DNA from: Proteromonas lacertae
Taxonomy: Eukaryota
Reading direction: 5' to 3'
NCBI GenBank assembly: GCA_002245135.1
Contig: NGBS01001160.1
Location: 124,001 to 188,000, forward strand
Length of the DNA stretch: 64,000 nt
Of this stretch, positions 12,301 through 26,081 are shown piece by piece. Both the position numbers and the translations under genes were made by a program. How positions within the stretch are numbered: the first letter of the stretch is position 1; each line of letters starts with the position of its first letter. Under the pieces are notes generated by a model. The model was given only the letters and a program-made list of their open reading frames with translations, did not search any database and had not been told where the DNA came from.

Positions 12301-15300
12301 TTCCCATTTCTTTATCAAATGTCATTCCTTGAGGTAATTCAGGAACATTATAAACACCTTGATAATACTTTGATGTATAATTCATTATTTTATAAGTACC
12401 AATATCTACATTCAAATAACCTTCAATTAAATTCAGATTATTTTCTAATGATAGTTTATTAGGTGATTGATAGTCACAATTACTATCATCTTCTTCATTG
12501 CTCCATTTAGCTATATTATCTTGCAATACACACTGTTTCTTTACTATTCCTTCCCATGGTTGTTTACAACTACTAATTGAATATTGGTTAATTCCAACAG
12601 CAAAATATTCACCTTCAGCTTCACAATATTGTATTTCTCTCATTGAAATGATTATATCTTTAATAACAAATGATCTGATAGAATTGCAATCTTCAATTAA
12701 TAAATAAAAACTAGAAGATGGATATACTTTTGTTATAACGAATATATCATTAAATTTACCAATATTCTTTGATAATAAGACTGATCTATCATTGGATGTT
12801 AAAGCATATAAACTCCATCTTATATCTTTAGTAATAATTGATGTAACAACTTTATAACTATTGAATATAACAGGATGTAAGAATGTAAATGGTATTTCTA
12901 AGTTCTTACTACATGAATATTGAATAGATGTATCTTCATCCAAATCTAAGATATTACTATTTGAAGGGTAATTCAATAAATCATCAACATAAGTTGGATA
13001 AAATACAAACTGTATTAATGGATCATAATTAGTAGATTTCCAGTAATAAATACAGAATATATTATCTTCACCTTGTTTTAAATATTCAGTTGGAATTACT
13101 GTTGTGTTGTGATATGTTTCATGTTCTGCAAGTATTTGTACTTGATTTCCATTAAATACTCGAGAATTGTATAAATTAACTAACTTTCCATTAACTAATA
13201 ATGAAAATGAGTCATTGTATATAAAGTCAATGTAAATACTTCTCACTCTTTCGTCTAAATGTAATTTCTTTCTCATAGCCATTCTCCAAGGGTTGTTAGT
13301 TGGTATATTCCAATTCGGATATGAATCTTCAACCCATGAACTATCATCATAACTCAATGAAGCCCAAGTTGTATCTGTTGGTAGGATATTATGATTTATT
13401 TTCCATTTACTATTAGCTAATAAGATTGGTTCTATTATAATATAATAATTGTGAATATATATATATATATACTTAAGATTCTAAATGAATTTTCATCATA
13501 TCGATGAATATTGTAAAATGATTGACTTAATACCATTTCAAATGGAGAATAAATGATAATATTTGAACCACTAGCCCAACTGTCAGAATCACTATACAAT
13601 TATATAAATAAATTACAGTACCTATCTTCCATCTTAATAATAATATCATCATCATAACAATCAGTATAATTCTCACTATACTTTTCATTCAAATAAGTTG
13701 AAATACTTGTATATAAAACATCATTACTACTACCTTTGTATATTGTATATTTCTCATTAGAAGCACCAACACCTACTGCTTTTGAACTTGTCAATTTGAA
13801 ACTGTTAGAATTACATCCAGATATACATCTCAATAATATATCATATTTAACACTATCCATATTATTCTCAGCTTTAATAGTCAATTTATAATCAGTACAA
13901 ATAGTTAATAATATTCTGATATTGCCATTTGAATTAATCGAAATTCCTGAAGGATATGAATTCAATATTGAATATGAAACTATTGCTGTTTCATTAGGTG
14001 AAACTACTTTTAATTTATAAGGTTCATATTCAATTATAGATGGATGAGTTGCTTTTGGTTTTTTTGTTGTATAAGTATATACTCCTGTCATAATAAAGTG
14101 AGTACTATCTACAGTTATTGCATCATCAACGCTGTTCATAGTATAATTTGCATCATATAATAGTATATTATTATATGTATATAATGTATATCTAAATGTA
14201 GATTTCTTCAATGCTTTTATAATCACTTTATAACTATTATCAGTTGGAGTTGTACATAATCCAAAGTGATATTTTGTGCTAGGTTTCATAGCTGTAGTAG
14301 AATAGAGATTATTTCCTTTATATATCTCATATTCACCATTTGAATCAGCATGAGTCTCTACATATATTGTATATAATGTTCCACTACAATCAATTACTTT
14401 AATTTTCGTCTGTTTTAATACTTCACCATATAATGTATTTCCAGACACAATGATTGGATGTTCATCATAATAATCAGAATAATAATTCAATAAACCACTT
14501 GTAGAATTAAATGTCATTTCATCATACAATGGAGCAGCATTATAGGACATTGGTTGATCACCTACTAACCTATATCCTTCACAGATTAGATATGAATTTC
14601 TAATAAACACTAACTCATTTACTTCAACATTATTACAGTCTAATATCTTTAACGTTAATGTATTGGAGATTGTGTCTAATATTTCATATTTTAAAGTTGT
14701 TGTTTCTGAACTACCATCCATATATACAACAGTAATTGTATAAGTTGCTGCAGCTTGTGCTGAAATTGGAGTTCCTGATATTTCACCATTGGTTGAATCA
14801 AAATTAATACCTTGAGGAAGTAAAGGAGATATTGTATAAACAAAACCTGTCTTATACTTTGTTATTGGATAAACATTTAGTGAAATACTATTCACTTCAC
14901 CACTATATAACTCACCAGTATAGACAAAATTTCTACTTTCTTTACAATAATATGATTTGTGAATCTTTAACTGACTTGATTGAGGAGATTGTGTATAAAT
15001 TTGAAGTATTTTTTGTTTTCCTTCTTTACCAATATATTCCATATTTAAACTCTTCAATAAGTTCTTTCTGTATGTAGTAAACTGAGTAGTAAATTCTTTA
15101 ACTTCATCATCACTTGTATCACTAATTATCTCTTTACCATCAAATTCAGCTTTTAATTTACCTTCATATTTTATAGTTAAAATCCATTTACCTGTAACAT
15201 CAAACTCAATAAATCCTTCAGATTTTATTGCAAAGTTCTTAATATAAGGATATGGTAAACCATCCCACGAATGATAATGATCTATGGAATCAAAATTAAT

Positions 15301-18300
15301 CTCATCATATCTAATCAACATATTATTGGTTGATGGAATTGTATCAGTTGGTGATGATAATCTATAAAATTTGATTGGATAATCTTTAATTGGCATTGAT
15401 TTAATGGATAGTTTAAACTGTGGATTAAACTCTACACTTGTCTGATTCTCAAACTTACAAGATCCTTTTATTTTTATTACATAATCAGCTTCCACTATTG
15501 TTGTTGGATCAGTAATCACTCCAGTAACAACATAAACATCACCATTGATTTGTAAAGTAATAAATGAAGGAGTTGTACTAACAAGATATATACTTTGACA
15601 AGTAACACCAGGATGTATAATTTCATTAATTAACTCTTCATTTGGATAATAAACAATTTCATCAAATTGAATCCATAAGCCAGTATCTTGACATATCTCA
15701 TCTTCATTGGGTATTGGATCCCACTGTATATGTCCATCTACTTCTAAACATCTACGAACCAAATTACCTGATTTACCTTCAGGACATTTCTTTGAAGCAC
15801 TACCACCAACAGCTGTTTTAGGCCAATCACCTTCTGCTGGACAACCTTGTAAATTACATGTATAAAACAGTAAATCACGAATTTCAAACATATCTTCTGC
15901 TATTCCACCCGTTATTTTATTTACAATGATTCTAAATCGATTATAGGATATTTCTGGTGGATCAGTAAGGTAATAATGATGTTCATAATCAGTATCATAT
16001 AAATTCTCATTTTCTACATTCAATATTTCATCAAATGATGTAGTTATGTCATTATATCCATAAATAGCAAAACTAACAGGACATCTTTGAGGTTGTGATG
16101 GTCTATTTGCTCTAATAAATACACTGTTTATATATTCATATCTATATCCAGAAAATTCTACATCTGTCCATGATTTAGAAGGTGAATTTGCATATAATGT
16201 GTCTGGATCACCATCTACTAAACCACCTGGATTCTCAGTAAGCCAATAATTAGTATACTCATGAGTAAAATGAGATCTCTGAGTTGTTCTTAAACTACAA
16301 TGCTTACTACCTTCAGAATTCACTGTATCAAACCAAGCTGAAAATGGGTTTATATTACTAATATGAGAATCATTAAATATGTGTAATTCTACTGTTAAGA
16401 TATTTTCACCTAATTTGATGAATTGAATTGGTCCACTTACTCGTTTATATGTAATTTCTTCACTATTTAACATTCTTAGTGGTTTAGTGTTATAATCTAT
16501 TTTACCACCTGGCATGTTATATCTGAAGAATTCTTTTTCATTTATATAAGCAACTATTCCTCCATCAAATCTAAAAGCAGCTTCAAAAGAAGAATAATCA
16601 TCTAAATAACCAGCAATTGTGATAATTCTTCTATAATAGGATGTTATCCCATATCTCTTCTTAAAATTACCAGAAGATGCTTCATCCCAATGTCCATCAT
16701 AATAATTCAACTTCCTCCAATTCGTACCAGGATTTCTTTCATTACTATAATAATATTTCCATAGAGTACTTGCACTAATAAGGAAATCTAAATCAACTTC
16801 ATAAGTTGGATCAACTGCAGTTCTATACTTCTTGAATAATATTTCAATATGACCTTCTGTAAATATAGATAAGGATGTAGCACCATCCCATGTTGTTCCC
16901 ATTGTACTACCTAATTGTAATGTATATGTATCAGCTTTTTCACAATAATACAAAGTAGTTCTTTTATATTGCTCTAAATTACCATTATAACTGAATAATA
17001 TCTGATTATCAGAATGACGTCTAAATGAAATTATAGCTTCACTTGCTTTATCATTACCATAGAAGTAGATATAAAAAGCAGTTTTACCTTCTGGACATGT
17101 AATTACATTGATTGTTATGGCGATATTAGCACTACCTTTTGGATTAGTAAGACTAATATAATGATAGCTTTTACCAATATTATTAGCAACACCACTTATT
17201 ACCATTGTAGTAGAATTAAACAACAAACCATCAGGTAATGGGGGTGATATAGATGCAGAATAAATACCACCAATAATATGACCATAATGAACAGAGTATA
17301 AATCATAATACATATCAATAATATTATCACTTGGATAATACAGTGATGGTAACAGTGAGATTTTATTGGTGAATGATATATACAGGTTTTGTCTACCTGA
17401 ATCTATTTTACCGTAATTTACTAAGGTACTTCCTACATAGATATTGTAGGTTGGACCATTTTGAACATTACTTATGATATGTATTGAATATTCATCAGAA
17501 CTTCCACAATAAGAAAATTGAGACACACTATTGGTTGAAAATTCCTCTGATTCATATAATATTTCATCATCATTATTATGTGTTATTGTATATTGAAAAT
17601 CTTTATCAATGATAAACCAATTGATTTCAAAATACTGTAAATTTACACCACATGCATTTACTATTATCGATAATGAATAAGATGAAGTTAATCCTTTTCT
17701 ATCAGCATATACTACAACAATAGCACCATATGTATCTTTTGGTTTTCCTCTAATTATTCCAGTATATTTATCAATGGAAACTCCACTTGGTAAATCTGGT
17801 TTAGTATAATATCTAATTGATTTACTATTAGTAATTCTTGGTTTTAATGGATTAATTTCTGTATTTACTACATATGTTAATGATGATACTGTTTCACCAG
17901 TAACACTGTCATAATACTCTAAACCACTTGGTCCTGTTAATTCCACAATACCAATTTCAATAGTAGTCTTAATTTCAGCATTAGTTGATATTTCATAGGC
18001 TGTTATTGTATATGTTTGAACATCCATTTCATTTACATAGGGAGTTCCACTAATAACTCCACTGTTACTATCTATCTTTAAACCATAAGGTAAAGATGGT
18101 TCAACTGAATAATCTTTAAAATCATCTTTAGATAATAAGAAGAATATTGGTTCATTATCACTTATAGTAGCCATTGAAACATACTTAATAAATGGATAAG
18201 TATAATAAAACTGTTTAGTTGGTGTATATTTCATCAATGAAGTTGGAATTGGTTGTCTTTCTAACTGATCTGGTCCACCAGCGAGATATATGCCACCACC

Positions 18301-20151
18301 TATCTCATCATTACCATCAGTATTAACAGTACAACTGGAAGCATAAAATGGAATACGACTTGCCATCAAGTAAACTCTTAATGATGTGGTTGTTACTCCA
18401 TCTTTTGTAACTGTATCTGGATGTTTAAAATCAGGTGCATTAATTCTATCATCTGAATATAAGTAGAAGTAGTTTCTGCCATTTGTTACTACCTCAAATT
18501 CATAATCACCATCTAATTCTAATTCTACATCAGTACTCCATTCTGCATTGTATAAATCATTCATATATGCAGGTAAACCATCGTAAGGTTCTTTAGCAAA
18601 TGGATATTCTAAATGATTTTCATATCTACTAACCATTTTGGTATATATTTCTGGATGTTGATGTGGAAATTTATCATCATCATCATTACATTCAATTCTA
18701 CTTCTCTTATAATAATTGACCAATATTCCATTCATATATTGTTTCACATCTGAACCAATTATTCTCATCGTGAATTCAAAACTTGTAGTTGAAATTACAG
18801 TAGAAGCAGTTACTGTATAACTCGTAGAAGGGAAATTGTCATTATAACTACCTGATATTATTCCATCTCTAAACTTAATTCCATCAGGTAAATTAGGTTT
18901 TATTGACCATTCTTCAGGAGATCCATTCAAACTAATATATCTGAAACTTAACTCTTTATTTGCTACAGATGTAAATACAGACTCATATTCTAAGAATTGG
19001 ACTAATGATGGGACATGAAATAACTGATCAGCAGGTATTGGTTCTTTATTCAATCCTTGATAAGACCATCTTAGTTTAAACTCAAAATTACCATTATAAT
19101 CTCTACGAAAGAATATAGCACCAAATTCATAGAATTTTCCTCTTTCCAAATCAAAGGGAGGTGTATATTCTTGTTCGATACCTGGTGAAGATGTAAAGGA
19201 CTTAAATTCATCATAAACCGTATCACTATTACCATCTTCATTGTTTTCAAAATAGAACTGCATTCCATCCATTGCTTCAAAATAAAATGTATATCTACCA
19301 CTCTTCTTTATATGTATACAACCACTTAATCTTCCAGCATAATAATTATAAAATAAATTATTATTATCGTGTATATTATATTCTACACCTGGTAAAAAAG
19401 TTACATAAACATTATCATCAAATTTGTTCCATATATTCTTCGATGACGCGTCATAGACATAATTAACAACGTCACTTAATCTATATTCTATTCCCGAAGG
19501 GAAAATATTTTCACTTCTTTTACTTATCATCATTGTTATGTATATTTTATAACTACTTATTGCATTTGATGCTGTTATTGTATAGTCTATTTTGTCAGTG
19601 GATTTTTGAGGTTTTCCACTTATACTACCTGTATTACGATTAAATACTAAACCAGATGGTAATTTAGGACTTATATCAAATGAGGAAGCACTAGACATGC
19701 ATTTTGGAGATTCTAGACTTAATGATATACCTTCAAATCCATTTAAAACGCTTTTATCTGCCAAACCATAACTACAAGTCGTGATTTTTCCTATTGCTAT
19801 ACATAATAATTACATAGCATATAAATACACTCTAATGTGAAAGAAATAGTTGTACTCTCATCTTCACTTGATAAAATAACTGTAAATTTTACTGCAGAAA
19901 AACTGAAAGTGGTAGCTCCACTAATAACACCATCATTTGTCAATTTTACTCCATCTGGTAGAACTGGTACAATTTCACTTGATATTATTTTACTATTACA
20001 ATCAGGTATTATATTTAATTCTAAGTTAATTCCTGTAGTTATAACTGAATCAGAATATCTACATGTGAGAAGACAATCTATGCAAATAAGAATATTTAAA
20101 AATACTTATTAAATTAAAATGTAAAATAAGAGTAAATATAACGAATAGCAT
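9368..20151 (-). CDS. Giant (about 3,500 aa) type I surface protein: signal peptide, many putative-Ig (He_PIG-like) repeats, PA14-like domains, galactose-binding-like jelly rolls, HRM-like Cys modules, one TM helix, long Ser-rich/acidic cytoplasmic tail
   Basis: ATG at 20151 (MLFVIFTLILHFNLINC). Introns near 20078-20105, 19797-19828, 13592-13621, 13432-13472 and at 11488-11529 join ORFs 13600..19764 and 9368..13357 in frame. Repeats read LPxGLxxNxxTGxISGxP and CxxEGxWPxT..C..G..G...RxC....W; the TM is LVFLVVLAVLISFTAIVLGITTYVL. Confidence 0.85.
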
Positions 20152-20526
20152 GAGAAACACACCAAAAACAATTGGAATCTAAAAAATATGGTGGTTACAA
20201 AAATGAAAACGAAAAATGAAAAAATGAAATACACAGGTTTTATTGTTATGAAGGAATATTTGTATTGCAATGGTATAGTTGCTAAAAATAAGACGTATTT
20301 TATTTATTTAATTCACTTTTAAGCGAAATGATATATCTTTTCAAATCTCAAGTATAAATGACATAAAATGGTTGAAAATATCACAAAAAAAATATTCTGA
20401 TGAAAAAATATTCGATTGATCTTTCAAAATAGATAATACAAATTAATACACAATGAAATACACCTTAATGTGTATTTTCTTTCTTCGTGCCCAATAGATT
20501 TTCAGCTGTTAATTTGAATATAAAGA

Positions 20527-21084
20527 ATGGATTATGATGGAGAATATGATGGTATTCATTATATATTATGTTATTACTATTTATTATATGTTATAGACTT
20601 ATGCACGCTTTCTGGAAACGATGAATTAGATGAATTGTTAAATCATTTATCAGAAGCAGACACCATCAATTCAGATTATAATTTATTTACACCATATGAT
20701 GATGATAGTAATAATACTAACAATAATAACATGTATGATATGAAAGACAAACTCAAAAATGATGAATATCTAAGCATGAGAGAAAATTGTTATCAATGTG
20801 GAAAAGAATTAACATTAAAAGAGTTGTTTTATTATGATATGAGAGATTATATTTGTCTTAAGTGTTCAATAGCAGTTGATTCAAAAGAACTCTCTGATTG
20901 GGAAAAAAGACATAGAACTATGTCAAGTAAATCAAAACTTTTTAAAGAATGTAAACATTGTCATAATTTGAAGAATAAGTGTAGATATTTCACAAAAACT
21001 GGAAAGATAAGTAGAACTTGTGATTATTGTCGTTTAAGGAGTAAATTAAATCGTATTAAAAGAGAACATGGTAAAGTAAAATAG
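20527..21084 (+). CDS. Small protein with CxxC...CxxC zinc-binding motifs and a basic tail (family member 1)
   Basis: CYQC...CLKC and CKHC...RYFTKTGKISRTCDYCRLRSK; in-frame intron near 20552-20596. Confidence 0.75.
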   Translation: MDYDGEYDGIHYILCYYYLLYVIDLCTLSGNDELDELLNHLSEADTINSDYNLFTPYDDDSNNTNNNNMYDMKDKLKNDEYLSMRENCYQCGKELTLKELFYYDMRDYICLKCSIAVDSKELSDWEKRHRTMSSKSKLFKECKHCHNLKNKCRYFTKTGKISRTCDYCRLRSKLNRIKREHGKVK

Positions 21085-21289
21085 AAATATTGAGAATTAA
21101 TTATTTCAAAAAATATATTCGTTTCACGATTATTAAGTTTATGTTTTTTGAGTGGCATAGACATTATACACATTCTATATCACATAATTTATAAGATATA
21201 ATATATAAAATATTGTAGAAAGTGGAAGGAATGTAAAAACACGCAGGTTATTCGTCATACGGAAATTGACAAAAACACAAATAAATCAA

Positions 21290-21878
21290 ATGAAAACAAC
21301 TATAAGTGGTATATGTGAAGGTGTAGATATACATTCAAAGATGAACATGTCAGGAGAGCTATGTAGAGTAAATCGATGAAGTAAAAGGGAAGAAGAATGA
21401 TAATGAAACAATTACACTATGGTCAAATGATAATTTAAAATCAATATCAAGTAGTGGATTGCTAGGCAATGAAAAAATAAAAGTTTCGCCTAGTTTATAT
21501 CTTCCAGAACTAGAAAACCAATTTTTTAACTTATTTTTGACAAACAATACTCATTCCATTAATGATGTAAGTGAAACTAGAAGAGTTGATGATAATAATT
21601 CAGATATTAGTGAAAGTGTTAGTGGTGAAGTAAATTATCTAGGAAAATATTATTTAGGTAAAGATGTTAGTGTGGATGTGATGCCCTTGGAAAGAACAAA
21701 ACCAATTGATTTTAGTAATGTTAAGTATATAAGATGTAGTAGTTGTAAAAAGCATCATATATTAAGGTATAACACACAACATAAGATAATTAAGTTGTGT
21801 GTAGCTTGTAGTGGAAAGAAAAACCAAGTAATGCAAATGAAAAGAGTAAATATTAAGAATACATGTTTAACTAATTAA
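21290..21878 (+). CDS. C4 zinc-finger protein (family member 2); 5' structure uncertain
   Basis: C-terminus PLERTKPIDF...RCSSCKKHHILRYNTQHKIIKLCVACSGKK. The upstream ATG at 21290 needs a +1 shift near 21370. Confidence 0.65.
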
Positions 21879-22190
21879 CTCATTGATTTAAAGTGATTGT
21901 GTAATTGTTAAGTGTTTATTATTTCCTAATTCATAGATTCTATCTATTTCATCAATTTTATGTTCTTAACCTCCAAATGTGGATTTGAATATTCTTTTTT
22001 TATTTCAACTATTCGAACACTTGTTGATTAACAAATCTCATTAATATCAAAATATCTAAGATTTTCGTTATGTCAAAAAAATTAGGGAAACTGGTTCTAC
22101 GGAAATAATCAAATCAAACATCAATTTTATTTAAAATCAATTTTTGAGATAACGCTTTCAAAAATAGGTCCCTTAACATTTGATTTTATA

Positions 22191-22848
22191 ATGCAAAACA
22201 ACAATAGTTTTGAATGCAAACGAGATTCCTCTACTTTCTTCAATGAATGGAATTGATAATCAATATATGTCGCCTGTACCATTACCAAATACTTTATCAT
22301 CGAATGATAAACTCACTCCATTACCAAGTTCATCTTCAAATAAGATCCCTGATAATATTAGTCAATCCAACAGCTCAATTTCTGTTACATCTTCACAACT
22401 ACCACCATTACCATCATTTCGAATGCCCATTAATATTTCAATGAATTTTAATAATTTTCAACCATTAAACTATCAAAATCCAATTCCAATGCCAATGTCA
22501 TTTCCCATTCCCAGGACTATTTCAGGACCAAATTTAAAAGAAGATGAAATTCTATTTTCTGCTCATCCAGTTAATACAACACAAACAGCAGCTTCTACAC
22601 AAATTCCACCACATCTTTCGCAACAGCTGTCATCTAACCAAGACTCTCCAGGTTTAGATAGAAGTCCACTTCAAAGAACACAACCTATAAATTTTGATAT
22701 TGCTAATCTTGCTGTTGAAATGGTAAAATGTTCATGGTGTTCAAAGAAACATCCAGCAAGATATAATAAAAAAGGTAAACCAATCAAACTTTGTTTAAAG
22801 TGTTCAAATAAAAAGAAAGATTATAGAGGTAAAAAACACAGTAAATAA
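22191..22848 (+). CDS. Pro/Ser/Gln-rich C4 zinc-finger protein (family member 3), transcription-factor-like
   Basis: C-terminus PLQRTQPINF...KCSWCSKKHPARYNKKGKPIKLCLKCSNKKK. Start is either ATG 22191 with a +1 break at 22208-22211, or ATG 22243. Confidence 0.75.
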
Positions 22849-23000
22849 TTACACAAGATATTGTGTTACAGCAAATGTATATAGGATATTTAATTATAAA
22901 TATAATTCTGGATCAGAAATTTACTTCTTTTTACAAGTGTTGTTGTTTTAAGTAATTAAAAATTAACAATAATTTAGAAGACGAAAATTAATTAAGTGTT

Positions 23001-23640
23001 TTACATATGTTTAATACATTCTGGACAGTACCACTTTTCTTTTGTTTTGCTATTACTAACTCCTACACATTGACAATGAAACCATTCAATTGGACAATCA
23101 GGGTTGTCGCAAGCAATCATTTCTCCATAAGATGGCTTATGACAAATGCAATATAATTTCTATAGAAAATAGATAATAATAACAAAGAATACACCTTCCT
23201 CATCACTTTGAGAGTCAGAATGGGTTGTTGGAGCTGGAGCAACTGCTTTAGGCTTTTTTGATGCTGAAGCTTTTAGTTGTGATGGTTTTAATGGCTTGAT
23301 TTTATTCTAAATTACAAAATTATTATATAGTCTTACATTTTGAAGTGATTGAAGAAACTCTACTATTGTACTATCCTCGTCTACATCATAATCCATCACA
23401 AAATGCCTTTTAATTAGAAGAGTAAATTATACTTTGACACTGCAGAGACATAATCTGAGAACGATGCAGAAGGATCTAATTCGATACTAAACCTATTTGC
23501 ATATCTCTTTAATGATTCAAACTATAAGTGATAAATTTCATTTCTTTTCATACGCTTAAATTTTCGAATTTCACAGTTATACCAGGTGGTATATGATTAA
23601 TTGTTTCTGTATTTTCTTCTACTTCCATTTGTTCTGACAT
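23001..23640 (-). CDS. SAP30 Sin3-binding-like domain fused to an ING-type PHD finger (5 exons; not in the ORF track)
   Basis: Manual splicing of 4 GT-AG introns gives MSEQMEVEE...[60 protein letters not shown]...[52 protein letters not shown]. Confidence 0.85.
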
Positions 23641-23713
23641 GTTTATTGATAAAGTTCAAATTAAGTGAAAATATCCCCTAAAAAATTAATCGAAACGACT
23701 CATTTTTTATTAA
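23641..23713. promoter_or_regulatory. Very compact putative bidirectional promoter (73 nt between divergent ATGs)
   Basis: Divergent start codons at 23640 (-) and 23714 (+); the gap contains CGAAACGAC. Confidence 0.55.
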
Positions 23714-26045
23714 ATGCAAATGTCAATTGAAGAAGAAGAACCAGATATTGAACAAAATGACGAAGAAAATGAAAATCCAGCTCAGCAGAAACCTGGATTT
23801 GACCCTCATTATGCTCCACCTACTGATGATGAAATTAGACAACTTCGTAATACATCAGAAATAGTCCATTCACAATTATTGAAAATGGAGGTATTTATTA
23901 GATGTATTATGAATATAGTTTGAAGAATTATTGTCAGAAATTAGAATAAAGTATCACAAAGATGGGAAATTAGAAATATTTCTGAAGCATATTAAAGAAT
24001 TGCTTATGAACGTACAAGATGAAGAAGTATTTATGTAAATGAATCATTTATTGTATAGATTTCAACTGAAGATATCAGCATCAACGGAATCAACTTTCAT
24101 AATGAAAATCTCTCAATTAAATTCGTTAAACCAACAAGAGTAGATCTGATAGGAAGCTATTTAATACATACTATAGTTAAAACAAAACAAAATGTGAATA
24201 TTTCATTCCAAATGCCAAATGTATATTTATTCTTTATCATTGTATTGTCATTAGTCAATATTTGAAGAGAATGATTATATGAATCATATATATTTTGATA
24301 AAAGAAACTTATATTTATCTCACTTATGTCAATACTTACAAAGTAACAATGAGCAATTTTATGTGAAATTATCCTATTTCAGAAATGATCTATGGAAACC
24401 AATCATTATATTAAGACCAAGTATAAATAAATATATAATAATATATATATATATATATATAGAGAATCATTCCTTATCCAAATATTCAATTACATTAATT
24501 CCATCTATATCACAAGATGCAATACCAATAAAGAAATGTAATCCTACTAGAAACAATAATAGAAGAATACAAGAATATAATCTACCACAAATACCAACAC
24601 CACATTATTCTTATCGTATTTTAGAGGATATGTACTATACTGAGTGTTTGACGTTTTTACATAAAAAGATAAAAGAATGTCCTGCTTTGATTGATGCTAT
24701 TTTAATAGCTAAAACTTGGATTGCTAAGAGAGATTTGAATAAATATAGTGATACAATAAATGGATTTTTGTTTTCTATGTTATATTTATATTTATTCAAT
24801 ATTAAAGTGTTGAACAATGAGATGGAATCTTCTCATATATTTAAAGTCACTTTGAATTATATAAATACAAATGATATTTCTTCAATTATAATGACAATTG
24901 ATCCATCCACTAATAAGAGTATTACTTCAGAGATAAAAACCAATTTTCAAAAGGCATATACACTTACATTCTTATCATCAGATTTACAGTTTAATATAAT
25001 GGGAAGAGTGTCAAAAACAGCTTATAAAGAAGTATATTTATTTATTCATTTATATTTTATAGTTTCTGCAACTAGTAGCAAGTTCATTATCACTCTATGA
25101 GAAAGATCCAATGGAAGCTTATGATTTATTATTTTTGAAAAACTATTCGTTTTTAACTAATTACGATGTAATTTTAAGTATTCCATTACCAAATTCTGAA
25201 ACAATCAATGATAAAATTGATTTATTGAACAATTACTGTGACAATCATGAATTACAAGGATGGTGTAAGTATTTAGAAGAATATTTATTAGACAAAGCAT
25301 ATAATACTAGAATCAATGGAATTAGATGTGTTTATAGTTTGAATAAAGATGAATGGGATATTGAAGATGATAATAATAATAATATAATTAATACAATACA
25401 ATGTGGTTTATTATTGAATAGTGATGAATGTTTTAGAGTATTAGATAAAGGTCCACAAGCAAATAATCAAATAGAATCAAATGAGTATAGACAATTTTGG
25501 GGTAATAAATCAGAACTTCGAAGATTTAAAGATGGCTCAATATTAGAAACAATCAGTTGGGAGAATAGAAAGAATAATAATAAACCATTTAGTAGATTAC
25601 AGATAGTTGGAGAAATAGCAAAATATATCATTCCTTTACATTTTAATTCAATAAATAGTGATGATATTATTTGTATTAATGAATTGGTATTGCCTTGGTT
25701 GGATTATAAAAGTAAAGATTTTGTTAATGAATATACAGCACCAGCATTACAAGCATTTGAATTACTGTCAAATACAATCAAAGACTTGGAGATTGAAACA
25801 CCAGTTTCACATTTATCATTAAGTTCAGATAGTATAATTCATAATTTTAATTTCATTATAGTTATAACAAAAACATCAATAAGAGTTCCAGAGAATATAA
25901 CTCACAATAATAAACTTATCACAGATTATATATCCAATAGGTGTAGTTATGGAAATGTATAGTGATATTGTCTATCCACCAAATTATATACATTTCATTA
26001 GAATGAAAGAACAAATATTGATTAATATAGCAACAGAGTATTGTT

Positions 26046-26081
<36 letters not shown>

